This document shows, piece after piece, positions 13,163 to 26,769 of a DNA stretch of 64,000 nucleotides. The translations under genes and the position numbers were made by a program. The notes beneath the pieces are model-generated. The model saw only the letters and a list, made by a program, of their open reading frames with translations, made no database searches and had not been told where the DNA came from. Source of the stretch: Octopus bimaculoides (Eukaryota); assembly GCF_001194135.2 (NCBI RefSeq), contig NC_068998.1, forward strand, positions 34,558,787-34,622,786, read 5' to 3'. The first letter of the stretch is position 1; every line of letters starts with the position of its first letter.

Positions 13163-14179
13163 TAAAATTACAATAATCTAGAAAAGTGTTAACTACCTCC
13201 CCTAAAAAAAAGTCTCAAACCTTCTCTAATGCAGCTCTTATAAAAAGTCTCAGATATTACATTAGTTGGAGTGTTGAGAGCTAAGAAGAGATTCTTGAAT
13301 ATCTGAGAGTTCTCCTTAAAAAACCCTAACTGCATTATTTTACGAAAGTTATAATACTAGTACTTAATGCACATGTAACATGCATTAATCTGTTCTAAAT
13401 AATCATGAAAATTCTGTAAACATATAGAAAAAAATATTAATAGTTGGGAAAATTCAAATATTATTTCAAATATATTTATAGCAGTGAAACATTTCCGAAT
13501 TAATTATAGGGTACAAACAACATGTTACTTCAATATTGTCAACAAATGTCAACAAATTTATTTGATAACAAGTTGTAGTAAAGAAAGTACATTTGAAAAT
13601 TCTTTCTTACATTGAACAAAAAGCATGAATTTTATGAAGTATATTATTGCTTTGACTCTGCATGAGGTGTTTAGTCAACAACTTGAAAAATGTCAAAATG
13701 TTGGTCGATCATTGATGGATCAATGATATAAGCATCAGAAAATTACATGGAGAGTATTTTTCCTAAAGCATCAAAGAGTGCAATTAACTTTTTTTCTCTT
13801 TTGAGATGTTCATTGTAGTATCAACAACAGGTGAATGTCTTTCTAAAGCAACTGAGTGCAACAGAGGAAAGGATTAAAAGCACAAAGCAGAAGCTAAATA
13901 AAAAAAGAAAGCAAATGGTTTTATCATTTCTCGAACAACCTATTCTTTCATCAGCATTAATAATGACAGTAGTGAGTGTATCAGCCAGAATTAAAGGCTC
14001 TTCAAGAACCAAATGTGGTTTTTGAAGAGGCAGAAAATACTAAGCCGTTGAATAATGAGAAGCAGGAAAACACTGCACATCATGTATCAGGTGTGATTCA
14101 TAATTGCAATCTAGGTTCCTTAGATTTTGTAAAAGACATTTAAAAAATATAATTTTCTGAGATATTCTGCAGACAGAAA

Positions 14180-15952
14180 TGCTTATACTGGGTTCTAACT
14201 AAAGAACTACAGAAATCTTTAGAAAATAGTGGTATCATTGATGCTGAAATTCAAACTAAATGACATAAAAAATGGCAAGATCTTGTCCACAGAATTCCCA
14301 GTTGCATAACAGTTTAGCAATACAAAATCTTGCATTACATGGTGACAAAGAATCCTTGATACATATGCAAGAAGGTGATTTCAAAAGTGTTCTGTTGTTA
14401 CTAAAATTGTTAACAAAGTTCAGTTTTCTCATGGAAACACATTCTCTGGGAGACTCGTTGTTACTGCTAAGTGAATATATTCAGCTGATGGCTTCTATGG
14501 TTCATCACAATCTGCATTATATATCATTCATTCATAAGACCAAATATTTTACCCTCATGTTTGATTCTATTGGCTTATCCCATAACTAATGTGGTTTTTA
14601 CGTACGTCTTTTATTTTTCAAAATTAAGATAAACAAAGTTCTTTTTCATTTAAAATATACTCTCCTTCATTTTCTATAATGCTTTTCAATCTGTCTGGTA
14701 GATTTGAAAGGCCCCTCTTCCAAAATTCACTTGTCCGTGACGAAAAATACTCCTCCAGTGCTGTTCTGACTTCCCTCATCTACAGAATTCATATTTTTTC
14801 CATTAAAATGATTTTGAAGACTGATTATCATTTGATAATCAGATGGAGTAATGTCCAGCAAATATGGTAGGTGGGGTATCGTATCGTTTCCAATTCAAAT
14901 TGGCCCCAGCCTTTGGAATGTTATCCTCACTGTAAGTGACCAAGCATTATCCTGATGGAAGAATACCTTTCATCTTGAAATCAAAGATGGTCGTTTTTCT
15001 TCTAGCACTGAATTAAGCTGCTCAAGTTACTTGCAGTAGATTTCCTTTGTTATCATTTGGTTTGGGTTTAAAAGTTCAAAGTAGACTAAACCTTTCATAT
15101 CCCAACAAACAGATAACAACACATTACATGGGTGAAGATGTTCTTTCACTTGGGGTCCCGGTGTTTCTCCTTTCCCTGCCCATTGTCTTCAGCACTTGAT
15201 ATTTTTAAAAAGAACTCATTTCTTGTCACAAGTTACTACTTGGTCCAAAAAAGGTTCGTTCATGAGATGTGACAGCAAAGAAGAGCACACATTCAATCTC
15301 TGCACATGATTAGGCTCGGAAAGTTTGTGAGGAACTCATCGACCCCATTTTCTGACTTTTCTGATGACACGCAGGTGTCAATGAATGATTGAATGACCAA
15401 ATCCAAGATTCTCTGCTAGTTCCTCAACAGTTACAATGAGATTTTGTTCCAGCAGGGTTTGCAGGATGTCCTCATCAAGCTCTACAGATGTTTTAGGACA
15501 TGACTCGTCTTCTAGGCTGTAGTTTCCGGCTCGGAATTTCTAGAACTACAGTTAACACTGCCTTACACTTATTGTCTGATTCCCATTTACTGCATTAATA
15601 CTTCTCTCACTTTCCGTTGCGTTATTTCCTTTATTGAACAAATAAAGCAAAATATACCGAATATGCTCCTTTTTCATTTGCATTAAAATCAAACTACATT
15701 CTTCCAAACTTGCACTAAGAATAAGTAGAATGTAAAATTACTACTTGCTATTATAGAAAGTTGATCCAGGTAGTTTATACCGTCCTCCTCCGACTTTAAG
15801 TTCAAGCACTTGAAAAACCACATTATTTATGGGATGACCCAATACTTAAGATCAAGCATAACAAGAGCAAATGGCAGAAACAATTTATATTGATACATTG
15901 ATCTTGATATTGATTTTAAAGAGACTTTTTTAACAATAGTTTTTCCTTGGAT

Positions 15953-15955
<3 letters not shown>
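14180..15955 (+). mobile_element. hAT transposase relic (ZMYM1/DUF4371-like), interrupted by mariner 14570-15842
   Basis: KELQKSLENSGIIDAEIQ..KWQDLVHRI..LAIQNLALHGDKES..KTKYFTLMFDS, resuming after the mariner as T.DQA.QEQMA...FLGF. Confidence 0.75.
14570..15842 (-). mobile_element. mariner family A, full length (1273 bp), pseudogenised
   Basis: TA duplication both sides (14568-69, 15843-44); imperfect 30-bp TIRs ttggcttatcccataactaatgtggttttt / ttgggtcatcccataaataatgtggttttt; collinear with 853-2104. Confidence 0.95.
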
Positions 15956-15987
<32 letters not shown>

Positions 15988-16525
15988 TATCCTCATCATC
16001 ATCATCATTATCCTCATCATCATCACCATTATCCTCATCATTTAGCGTCCACTTTCTATGCTGGCAAAGGTTAGGCAGTTTGACTGGAACTGGTAAGCCA
16101 GAGAGCTGCACCAGGTTCCAATCTGATTTTGCATGGTTTCTATGGCTGGATGTCCTTCCTAACCCCAACCATGAAGTGTGTAATGGGTGTTTTTTGTCTG
16201 CCACTGGTATAGATGTTTTTGTGTGACATTGGCATGGGTGCCAGTTATGTGACACTGACATCAGCCACAACTATGATCTCACTTGGCTTACCGAGTCTTC
16301 TCATGCACAGCATAACACCAAAAGTCTCAGTTACTTGTCATCACCTCTGTGAGTCTCAACATTCAAAGATCATGATTCATCACCCTGTCCCATTTCTTAC
16401 TGGGTCTACCTCTTCCACAGGTTCCCTTCATATTGGCACTTATTTACACAGCTGTCCTCACCTATTTGCTCACATGACCATACTAGTACAGTTGTCTCTC
16501 TTGCATACTACATCTAATGCCGCTT
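15955..16525 (-). mobile_element. RTE LINE 3' fragment (end of ORF plus tail)
   Basis: (CAT)n then diverged tail; ggaagaggtagaccc (GRGRP) segment matches revcomp of 49680-49930. Confidence 0.8.
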
Positions 16526-17584
16526 ATATAATTAGAACAAACGTGTGGTGAAAACATGGTGGAAATATTTTTGGATCAACTTCTAAAAAACAAAATGCTA
16601 TTATGAAACTGTTTATCTTAGTACTTTGATAGTTTGATATTTATAGCTGATTATAAAATGGTGTTCAATAGAAAAACTGCAGTTATTTTTATAAACTGCA
16701 ATAACTATTCTTTGAATTTGGTTGGAATACAGTTTAGGATTAGTGATCAGTGACCACTTGAATCTAGGCTGAAATTGTGTGTTGAGTATTATATTCAAGT
16801 CACAATCATTTATGCATAATGTTTAATGATATGTTTCTGTTTGCTATCATATTAAAGAAATAGTGTGGGTATTGGAGGCAGTCAAACAATAAATAGGGAG
16901 TGAATGAGTCACAGGAGAAAATGTAAAACAGAACTACAAACACTTTGTAGACAATGGTGAGCTATATACTCCACCAGACTCGAAGTCTAGTGTAATCTCA
17001 AGCAGCTCTTCTAAGTGCAAATGAAATGATTCACATTAATATTATTGTGATAAAAGTAAGTTCTAGGCTGTTTATCAACCATATGAGCAAACACATGTTT
17101 ATTAAACAACAGTCTTCCAATTAATTCGAATCTGGAAATCAACTGATTATGTATACAAATGTTTCAAATGTCATTGTTAAGCAACTGATAAGCAAACAAG
17201 AATAGGGATGTCCAAAGATCTCATTAAAGACCACCAGGTTTGGAAATTTTGTCAAAAATTTTTCCAAGTAAAAAAGTGCTGTTTAAATAAATTAATTTTT
17301 AAGTTGTATTTCTTAGAGTGTGAGATCATGATTACACATCTTCATTATGGAGTAGAGTTTGGTATCAAAGCTAGCTGAGGGTAAAAATTGTTGTTTGCAT
17401 GCATAAAACAGTGTAGAGATCCATGAAATTCAGCTTATCTGACGATCAAAAAACTATGGGACTAATTGTCACCAAAATTTGAACATGTTCACGGTGGTGC
17501 ACCAGCATGACCGCAGCCACTTGGCTGAAACACATAAATAAAAAAAAAAAAATATATGATTAACTAAAAAGAAAAAAAGGTAGT

Positions 17585-17830
17585 TAGCTTCTCATGTCAT
17601 GCCAACTCTTAAGAGCCAGTTTCTCAGTTTAATGGCATATATATTTATTCCCCACCTGAACGGGATGCCAGTCCATCACAGGATTACTCATTTTTGCCGG
17701 CTGAGTGGACTTGAGCAATGTGAAATGAGGTGTTTTGCTCAAGAACACTTTGTGTTGCTTGGTCCAAGGATCGAAACCACAATCTTACAATCATGAGTCC
17801 AACACCCTGACCACTAAGCCACATATCCCC
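17585..17830 (-). mobile_element. tRNA-derived SINE family 2
   Basis: Revcomp head gtggcttagtggtcagggtgttggactc...gtttcgatcc (A/B boxes), then gtgttcttgagcaaaacac and gatggactggcatcccgttcagg. Confidence 0.75.
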
Positions 17831-19637
17831 ACATATATTGATGAGACTGATACAATGGCCAATCAGGCATTGAAATTATCCCAGTGTTCATACTTATCCT
17901 CAACCAAACCCTCTTTTTTTTACTTACAAATATATCTGATTTCAAAATGTTTGGGGGATGGGGTGCTTCCTGTACTCTGATCCCAGCAACTACAGCTGCA
18001 CAAGCTTGCAGCACTCATGAATAAACCCTACCATCTGAGTGATACTTTCAAAATGTGTTTCCCCATTTCCTATTTTAGCATTGCATCCTTGAACACACAC
18101 ACACACACTTCATAGTATAGAGTATTATACATCCGTTTCAGTGAATCTTGCACATCAGTTTCACAATGAGTATTAAATAACTTGATATTAACAAGCATCA
18201 AGGTTAAGTGACACAATGTGCTCTTCAGAGAAAGCTGGTATGGAAAACAATATAGTGTCTGCTCTCTATTACTAGAGGTCATATCCATTTCGTGGGTGCT
18301 ATGAAAAAAAGCGAAGCAAAGTCCAGAAAGATAAAGTGAGCAACGGATTAGCAAGACTTATTCCCTTTGGCTCTCAAGAAATTGAGATGCTGTTAAGCAG
18401 CAAGAGTTTGGATGACAATATATGCAGGGATTTAGGGGTTGATATGTGTGTAGGGTTTTTTCAAAGGGATTGATATGTTGGGCAGGTGCCCAAGCCTTTA
18501 AGCACATGTTTGAGTGCATATATATATATGTGTGTTCATTTGTATACATTTTGATTAAGTGCTTTGCTAGGTCCTCAGGTTGTAATAATGAGTGAGTTGA
18601 AGGTAAAGAAGTTAGAGATTAAAGAGATGTTGGGGCCCATGAGTAAGATAATATATGCCTTTTCTCATGTGAGGAAGGGCTAAAAATCTCATTCTTGTAG
18701 CTTAGGTAATGTCTGGGTGCTGCACTTTCTGACCAGCCATCACTGAAAAGCACATGCTGTCACTTTACCATACTGTTATCTAATATCTGATTATTTAAAA
18801 GCCCAAGTTAAGACCAGTAGAAATGGATCCATAATACTGTATATTTTTATTAACATACCCACTCTATTGCTGAATATATGAGTGTGTATTATTTTCTGGT
18901 TTATGGATTCTTAAACAACCTTATAACCACACACACACATACACACATACACATATGTATGTGTGTATATATGTATATCTATATATATATATATATATAT
19001 ATATATNNNNNNNNNNNNNNNNNNNNNNNNNNNNNNNNNNNNNNNNNNNNNNNNNNNNNNNNNNNNNNNNNNNNNNNNNNNNNNNNNNNNNNNNNNNNNN
19101 NNNNNNNNNNNNNNNNNNNNNNNNNNNNNNNNNNNNNNNNNNNNNNNNNNNNNNNNNNNNNNNNNNNNNNNNNNNNNNNNNNNNNNNNNNNNNNNNNNNN
19201 NNNNNNNNNNNNNNNNNNNNNNNNNNNNNNNNNNNNNNNNNNNNNNNNNNNNNNNNNNNNNNNNNNNNNNNNNNNNNNNNNNNNNNNNNNNNNNNNNNNN
19301 NNNNNNNNNNNNNNNNNNNNNNNNNNNNNNNNNNNNNNNNNNNNNNNNNNNNNNNNNNNNNNNNNNNNNNNNNNNNNNNNNNNNNNNNNNNNNNNNNNNN
19401 NNNNNNNNNNNNNNNNNNNNNNNNNNNNNNNNNNNNNNATAGATGCTCTCTCCCACTTGGATTTAATATGTTGCCACATTTATAATATGTCTTTTTTCTA
19501 CATTTTCTACATTTTCGTGCAGCTGAAGATTGCTCTTCATATTGCATTTAAGGTAATGCTCACATTACTTAAATAAATTGAAGTAGCATGAAACGTGCGT
19601 ACTGCAATCACTTTTGAAATCCGTGTTTCTTATTGTT

Positions 19638-19671
<34 letters not shown>

Positions 19672-21094
19672 GCACACACATACACATACACATACACACT
19701 TACATGTATGCATACATACATACATAAACACTCAAACACACACACACATGGATGGAAGGATATGTTCTTCCAATTTCTGGAGGCTACAAAGACATTTAAA
19801 AAGAGAAACATCTTGTTCTTTTCTTTACTCTCTTATCTCACTCTGCCTCAGTCTGCCTGTCTCTCACTTTCTCCTCCCACTCTCTCTCTCTTCCCTCCCA
19901 CACACTCTCTCTTTCTCTCTCTCTCTTCTCCCACACTCTCTCTTTCTCTGTCTCGATTGTTTCTCTTTTGGTCTTTTCTTTTTAAATGCAAATAGTATCA
20001 GAGACTCTCTTCTATCAATTATGACTTTTTGGCTTCATACAGATACTTAAATTGATTAAATAAATAGGACAACAGGATATGATGGAGATTTGGCAGCTAT
20101 TTCTTGGTCAACCATCATGCAGAGGCGTCTACATCATAAATTTGTAGATAATTGCAAACAGTTAATGATGTTATACCACTGTGCATCTACGGTTAGGATT
20201 AGAGTTATGTAAGCCTATAATCAAAAGCATTCCAGCCATGACACCCTATCTTTAATTTCACACTCCATAGAATGTGGTATCGGCTGCTATTTCTTGCAGG
20301 CTGAGCAACCATGCAAGCACTTCCTCTTTAATTCTTGGATTACAGAAAGGTGTGATAGATGTTGAGCTGTTGCATTTACAAGTGCACATGGCAAGGCAAG
20401 TAATAAAAACTCCCACGTCATTACTACAATTGTTGATGGCTGCTTAATTCAGAGGCTGACCAACACATCTGAAACTAATTCTGCTACAAATACATCCATC
20501 AAACCAACCAGCCAACCAGCCAACCAGCCAAGAGCAACCTTATATGGTAATCTGCTATGTTCTATATTTCATTCTACTGGTTAAATTATTAGCCAGTTCT
20601 TTTATTTCCATACTCTTTCACTAATTTCATCTTCCGGACTGCAGTATTACTGAGGCACTATCTTCCATGTTGGAAGGTCTTGGCAAACTGAAACATTGAT
20701 CAGCCTTCAATGTACAATTGGAAATTGCTTCACACTTGAAATGTAGTACACTTGAAAAATGCATACATGCCTTGTGCTCCTGAATCCCTTCTTCTTAAAA
20801 GTGAAATGTCATGCTTTGGATTTGGGCCATGCTGGGGCATACCTTCAAGAGTTTCAGTCAATAATAGTAATACAAGTACTTAGGCTCATTTAATTTATCT
20901 CTTTTAAATAAAGTCATGTGTTAAGTAATTTGCAAAAACTTATGTTTCCATCAATAATGCCATGAAATGAAAAATGGTAAGAGAGATTGACACAGAAACA
21001 CAGAAGAAGTATATAATTGGTATTTCATTTTAATATGGCTGCTATCATCACTGTCTATTTAGTTTTTGTTGTTGTAGTTGTTATCTTGAAATTC

Positions 21095-21290
21095 AGACTA
21101 CTTCATGGTCCCATCAGACAAAATGGGAAAGGTGTTGTCCTGGAGGATGGTGAATGAGACGTACTGGAACAACCTCTCCTACTCACAGGGCTTGCATTTA
21201 CAGATAGTCACCTCTACCCCAATAGCAGGTGTTTTTGACATGATTCAGGAGTCAAAAACACCTGAGGTCTCCACTGACTGAACTCCTTTC
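21095..21290 (-). mobile_element. Relic of C-terminal restriction-like endonuclease region of a CRE-like non-LTR element
   Basis: Minus VETSGVF...AIGVEVTICKCKPCE.ERLFQYVSFTILQDN; homologous to 54860-55145. Confidence 0.6.
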
Positions 21291-21399
21291 AATGTATTAC
21301 TTCTTAAAGTGTAAATTTGCTAGGATTTTAAACCTATTCACACTGCTATATATTTTCGCAGATGCACATACATAAACAAATACATGTGTACACAGACAT

Positions 21400-21550
21400 G
21401 CATATGGCTGTAGTTAAGAAGTTCATTGCATACCCACATAGTTTCGGGTTCAATCCTACCATGTGGCACTTTGGGCAAATATTTTCTACTATGGCTTCTG
21501 GTTGATGAATGCCTTGTTGGTGAAATTGGTACTTGGAAGCTATATGGAAA
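21400..21550 (+). mobile_element. SINE family 1, head half
   Basis: atggctgtagttaagaagttc...gggttcaatcc...tgggcaaatattttctactatg. Confidence 0.7.
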
Positions 21551-21560
21551 CTAGTATATA

Positions 21561-22457
21561 TGAGGTTTGATCAATAAGTATCCAGACTGTTGCCATAGTA
21601 ACGAAGCTAAAGCATGCAGAGTAAAGCTGCTTGGCACAGATTGACCTGGAACTCTGCTGTGCATGTGCACTAACTTATAACATTCTAGCTTACTTCCACT
21701 GTTTAGAGCAGTGCTTGGAAGGAAGGTGTGTAGCTTGTGATTGTCGCATTGACCATGACAGAGAAAATTGCATGATGATTCCTGCTCGGAGGCATACGCA
21801 AGGTTGCAGAAAATGTATGGAGAGGAGTGTATGAGCTGCACACAAGTGCATGAATGGTTCAGACGATTCCCAAGATGGCCAAAAAAATGTCAATATTGAC
21901 GAACGTTCTCAGAGACTCGCAACCAGCAGAAATGAGAAAAACATCGCAGATGTGCATGCAGCTGTAAAGGGAAATCATCGAATCACCATCCATGAGTTAT
22001 CAGAGGATGAGCATGATTAATTATGATTCAGTTCAGTCCATTATCACCGAAGATTTGGGTATGGAGATGTGTGTCTGCCAAGTTTGTGCCAAAACTGCTA
22101 TCAGGTAACCAAAAAGACACTTGGGTTTCAGTTGCACAAGATCTCCTTGATTGTGTCAAAAACAATTAAAAGTTTTTGGAAACTTTGTGTAGGCCTCTGA
22201 GCAGGTATTGCCAAGTTTTTGACAAAATTTGAGGCACAGTCTCTCCTCAACTTGCTCTGTCATGGTCATTGCAATGATTACATGCTACACACCTTCCTTC
22301 CACATACTTCTGTAAATAGCAGAAGTGAACTAGAATGTTAAAAGTTAGTGCACATGCACAGCAGTGTTCAAGGTCAATCTGGGTCAAGCAGCTTCACTTT
22401 CCATGCGTTAGCTTCGTTACTATAGCAACAGACTGGATACTTATTGATCAGACCATG
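21561..22457 (+). mobile_element. Internally deleted mariner (family C) with about 85-bp inverted ends
   Basis: TA flanks (21559-60, 22458-59); long inverted ends gatcaataagtatccag...gattgacc; relic SEAYARLQKMYGEECMSCTQVHEWFRRF...RITIHELSED...VPKLLS; catalytic domain absent. Confidence 0.9.
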
Positions 22458-22952
22458 TATATACATGTATCAGTGCATGGGTGTTTATCTGTGTGAGTGT
22501 GTGTCTCAATCTGTGTGCGCACATGCATGTGTGTCTCTGTATGTGTTAGAGAGAGCATGTGTGTCTGTGGTTGTGTGCATGTTGGTATGCATGTGTATGT
22601 ATGAGTGTGTATATGTATGTATCAAGGGGTGCATGCATGTATATGTGTTTGTGCATGTGTGTAAGTGCTTTTATATGTGTGTTTGTAGCTTTGTCATTGC
22701 ATTGACACTCTTTTTCTGTATGGCTAAAGTAAGCAAAGATACCAACACCAATTCAACATGCAAAGCACTTTAAAAACAAGTAAAGGTTTGCATCAGGAAA
22801 GGCTTCCAGTTGTAGAATACTGCTTAAAGACATTTCATCCAGCTCATGAGTGTATAAAAATATGGACATAAAAACAATGATGACAGTGACAATGATGGTG
22901 ACGATGACGGTGACGATGTGCATGTGTGTGTGTGTGCGCGTGTGTGCGCGTG

Positions 22953-22998
<46 letters not shown>

Positions 22999-23045
22999 TG
23001 TCTGTCAGTAAGTCTGTCTGTGTTTGTGTCTATGTGTGTGTGAGA

Positions 23046-23205
23046 CAAGCAGCCACACAGTTTCCATCAACCAAATTCCACTCATATAGGATTAATTCAT
23101 TTGAGGTTATGAGGTTAATACCCTTGCTCGAGGTGCCCTACATTGGTACTGAACCTGAAACCATGCAGTTGGGAAGCAAATTTCTTACCACACAACCACT
23201 CCTGC
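23046..23205 (-). mobile_element. SINE family 1, head half
   Basis: tgaacctgaaaccatgcagttgggaagcaaatttcttaccacacaaccactcc. Confidence 0.75.
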
Positions 23206-23786
23206 CCCTGCAAAACAACCTATAAGATTGAAAAACAAACTTCTTAAATACACAGCTGCATATTTTGTTTGCATTTGAATGGACATCTTTATTACATTCT
23301 CTTTTGCATTTAGCATATCAGCAGTTTAATACATGCAAATATATTTAAAAATATTTCCACGTCATTGTAGAAATATTGCTGAGCTATAAAGTCAAGTTTT
23401 TATGCTTTATTTATCATTTTTGTGGAGGAGGTGCGAGCATGGTCTGGTGCTGTCTATTATAACTGTTTCTATTATAACTGTTTCTCTTATAACTGAATCC
23501 CACAGTAGCACCCAAGCTTAGCTTAGTATTAACAAGTTATGATCAATTTTCAGTGAGATCAATCAATAAAAATCAATGTTACAGTAATGCCAATGCTTAG
23601 CACAAAACCATTCCATCATGTGTTACCTTCTTTCAACTCAGTGGTCTGAGCTCTTGGGAAATTTGCAAACTCTGATAAACCTTGTGCATCATTAATATAA
23701 TATTTCTGGAAGGCCCTTTTATCAGAGAAGAAATAATGATTTCAACTTTTGGTACAGGACCAGTAGTTTTGAGGGAAGGGGAAAGT

Positions 23787-23950
23787 CACCAACATCGACC
23801 CCAGTACTTGACTGGTACTTATTATTTTGATCTAAAAGGGATGACAGGCAAAGTCAACCTCTGTGGAATTTGAACTCAGAACGTAATGCATCAAAAGAAA
23901 TGCTGCTAAGCATTTTCTCCAAAGTGCTGAAGATTCTGTTAGCTCACCTC
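23787..23950 (-). mobile_element. tRNA-derived SINE family 3
   Basis: Revcomp ttctgagttcaaattccacagaggttgactttgcctgtcatccc...aagtaccagtc; homologous to 39238-39385. Confidence 0.75.
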
Positions 23951-24781
23951 CTGATCAGAGAAGAAATAATAAAAAGTGCAATGATATGATTTTTTATATT
24001 AGTAATATCCGATTTTGACATAAACCAGTTCTTTCTTAATGGTATCTACAAAGTTAGTGGATAGATAGAAATCTTAGAATAGAGGAATACAGACCACAAT
24101 GTCATGTGTTTAATTATGCTGTTTTATTTTGTGAATTCAGATTTTGCTGAGGTCAAATTTTCCTTCCATTCCTTTAGGTTGACAATTTAAGGTATCAGTC
24201 ATCTGGTAAACTATAAAATTAAGCTTGTTGTGTCTTGGGAGGATCATTATGCCAATAAAACTAAGCTTAATCTTAATCATATATAGTAAATGTTTCAATG
24301 GTATGACAAAGAAGAAAATTGTTTATCTTTGTTTAGAAATAAAAGTTCCTTATTCAAATTCAGCTTGGTATAGTGTAAATATTCAGGAATAAAGTACTTT
24401 ATGGTAATCAGAGATAAAATTAATAAAAACAGTATGCAGGTGCAAACAATACTTTCTAACATATAGATACCTCAGTCGTTGGTGTAATCATACTATATCC
24501 CCAAATTTCATAGGAGGAATCTAGAAAGGTAGGAGACAGAAGGGTATTTGGCTGTGAAATGCTGCCCCACAAAGTCCATTCAACACATGCCAACATGGGA
24601 AAGCAAATATAAGCAATGATGATAAAGACAAGCAGAAGGCCTTGAATTTTGGGAATGGATGTAATCTATTGAGATCGACTCAAATTCTTGAGTGACACAT
24701 ATCTTATTGACTTGAGATGGATGAACAGTAAAGTTACCATGGCAAAATATGAAATCAGGAAAGTTATTTACGTATTTTTTC

Positions 24782-25226
24782 TCTTTGATCTGTTTCATTC
24801 ATTGGACTGCGTCCATACTTGAGCAACACAATGATTAGTCAAACAAATCGACCGCTGTTATTTTTGTTTTTTTAAGTCTTATCCTTCATTTATCAGTTTC
24901 TTTTACTGAACTGGTAAGTTATGGGGACATAAACAAACCAACTCCAGTTGTCAAACTGTGGGTATAGGACGGACACACACACACATACACACACACACAT
25001 GCAAGCATACACACACATGCATGCTCAGAAACATAGACACACACGCATGTACATATGTATATATGAAGACTTTCTTACAGTTCTCATCTAGCAAATACAC
25101 ACACAAAGCATTGGTCAACCTGGGTTTATAGTAGATGATATTTGCCCCAGGTGCCAGGCCAGTGGAACTGAACCTGAAACCACATGGCTGCAAAGTGAAC
25201 GTCTTGACAAAACAGCCATGCCTGCA
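24782..25226 (-). mobile_element. SINE family 1 copy
   Basis: Tail, internal (CA)n and head all recognisable. Confidence 0.8.
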
Positions 25227-26014
25227 TCTTTATATAAGAATATATATACACTAAATACATAACTAAGTACCACAAGGCAATCTGTTTGACCCTCTAACAA
25301 TTCTACTAATCTGCTATCGATTATGTGGACTTAGATATTAAAATATCTTTCATCTCCAAAGATGAAAAACATACAATAACTCACCTCAGATATTTAGACA
25401 TTTAATCAAAGAGATAAGTGCCAAATGTCTGTAAAGTTTTCCTTCTAATTTTCTTGACCAAGAAACTTTCTAAAAACTTCAGAATTCTGCTCATAGCATA
25501 CATCTTATCATAAATTTCGCCACCTTCATAAAGGGAGATTTGCCAATACTGACCATTACTATCCTCTTTACTCTGTACTATTTCTTTTGTTGTTTTTGTT
25601 TTTGGAACCATTAAAAGTTAAATATTGTGTTTCCTTTTATATCATAAATAAGGAACAACAGCATCAGAAGTTACTTGTTTCCAATTTACCAATAATTTGT
25701 TTATTGCACTTCTGACAGCAAAAGTGGCACAAATGTGTTTACTACTTGATGTAAGAAAAATATCAGAGGCTACTTCACTGAAAGTAAAATTGTTATTTTG
25801 TTTCCGTACTTTTGTTTACATCCTTTACCGACATAAATTAAAAGATTTACACACAAAAATGCACATGGCCACTAACTTTCATACATATACACACATACAC
25901 ACCTACGCACTTATTCATACAGAGACATAAAATCTATCCGTTCATACATATACTACACACATATACAAATATACGTATATATAAACGCAGACACTAAATC
26001 TTTCATATCGCAAC

Positions 26015-26763
26015 AAATAAATAATAGCACCTTACATGGGTGAAGAACTTTTTTAGCCTGGGGTCCTGGTATTTCTTCTTTCCCTACCCACTGTCTTCGG
26101 TGCTTGACATTTTTATAGACAAACCCATTTCTCATGACAAGTTACTATTTGGTCCAAAAAAGGTTCATTCGTGAGACATGACAGCAAAGAAGAGCACACA
26201 TTCACTCTCTGCATGCGATTAGACTCAGAAAGTTTGTAACGAACTCATTGACACAATTTTCTGACTTTTCCAATGGTATGCAGGTGTCAATGAATGGTTG
26301 AATGACCAAATTCAAGCTTCTCTGCTGTTATCATGGGATTTTGTTCCACCCGGGTTTGCAGGACGTCCTCATCAAGCTCTACAGATCTTCCAGGTTGTCA
26401 CTCATCTTCTAGACTGTAGTTTCCATCTCAGAATTTCTGGAACCACCATTGACACTGGCTTACACTTATTGTCCAATCCCCATATACTGCATTAATATTC
26501 CTCACCCTTTCATTGCGTTGTTGCCTTCATTGAACTCATAAAGCAAAATAGGACGAATATGCTCCTTTGTCACTTCCATTATAGCTTTGAAAACGTTAAC
26601 TGTTAAAATCGAACTGTACTCTTCAAAACTTGCATTAAGAATAAATAGAATGTAAAATTACTACTTGCTTTTATAGAAAGTTAATGCAGGTAGTTTATCC
26701 CATCTCCCTCTGACTATTAATTCATGCAATTGAAAAAACTGCATTATTTATGGGATGACACAA
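26015..26763 (-). mobile_element. mariner family A, 5' half
   Basis: Collinear with about 1370-2104 and 15120-15842; TIR attatttatgggatgacacaa plus TA. Confidence 0.9.
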
Positions 26764-26769
26764 TATATA

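Noticed and set aside
17585-17830. tRNA-like A/B boxes (also in SINE family 1 heads)
   Set aside because: No complete cloverleaf; continuous with SINE bodies, so not tRNA genes
25402-25611. 69-aa protein-like ORF MVPKTKTTKE...
   Set aside because: No homology recognised and no splice signals in frame
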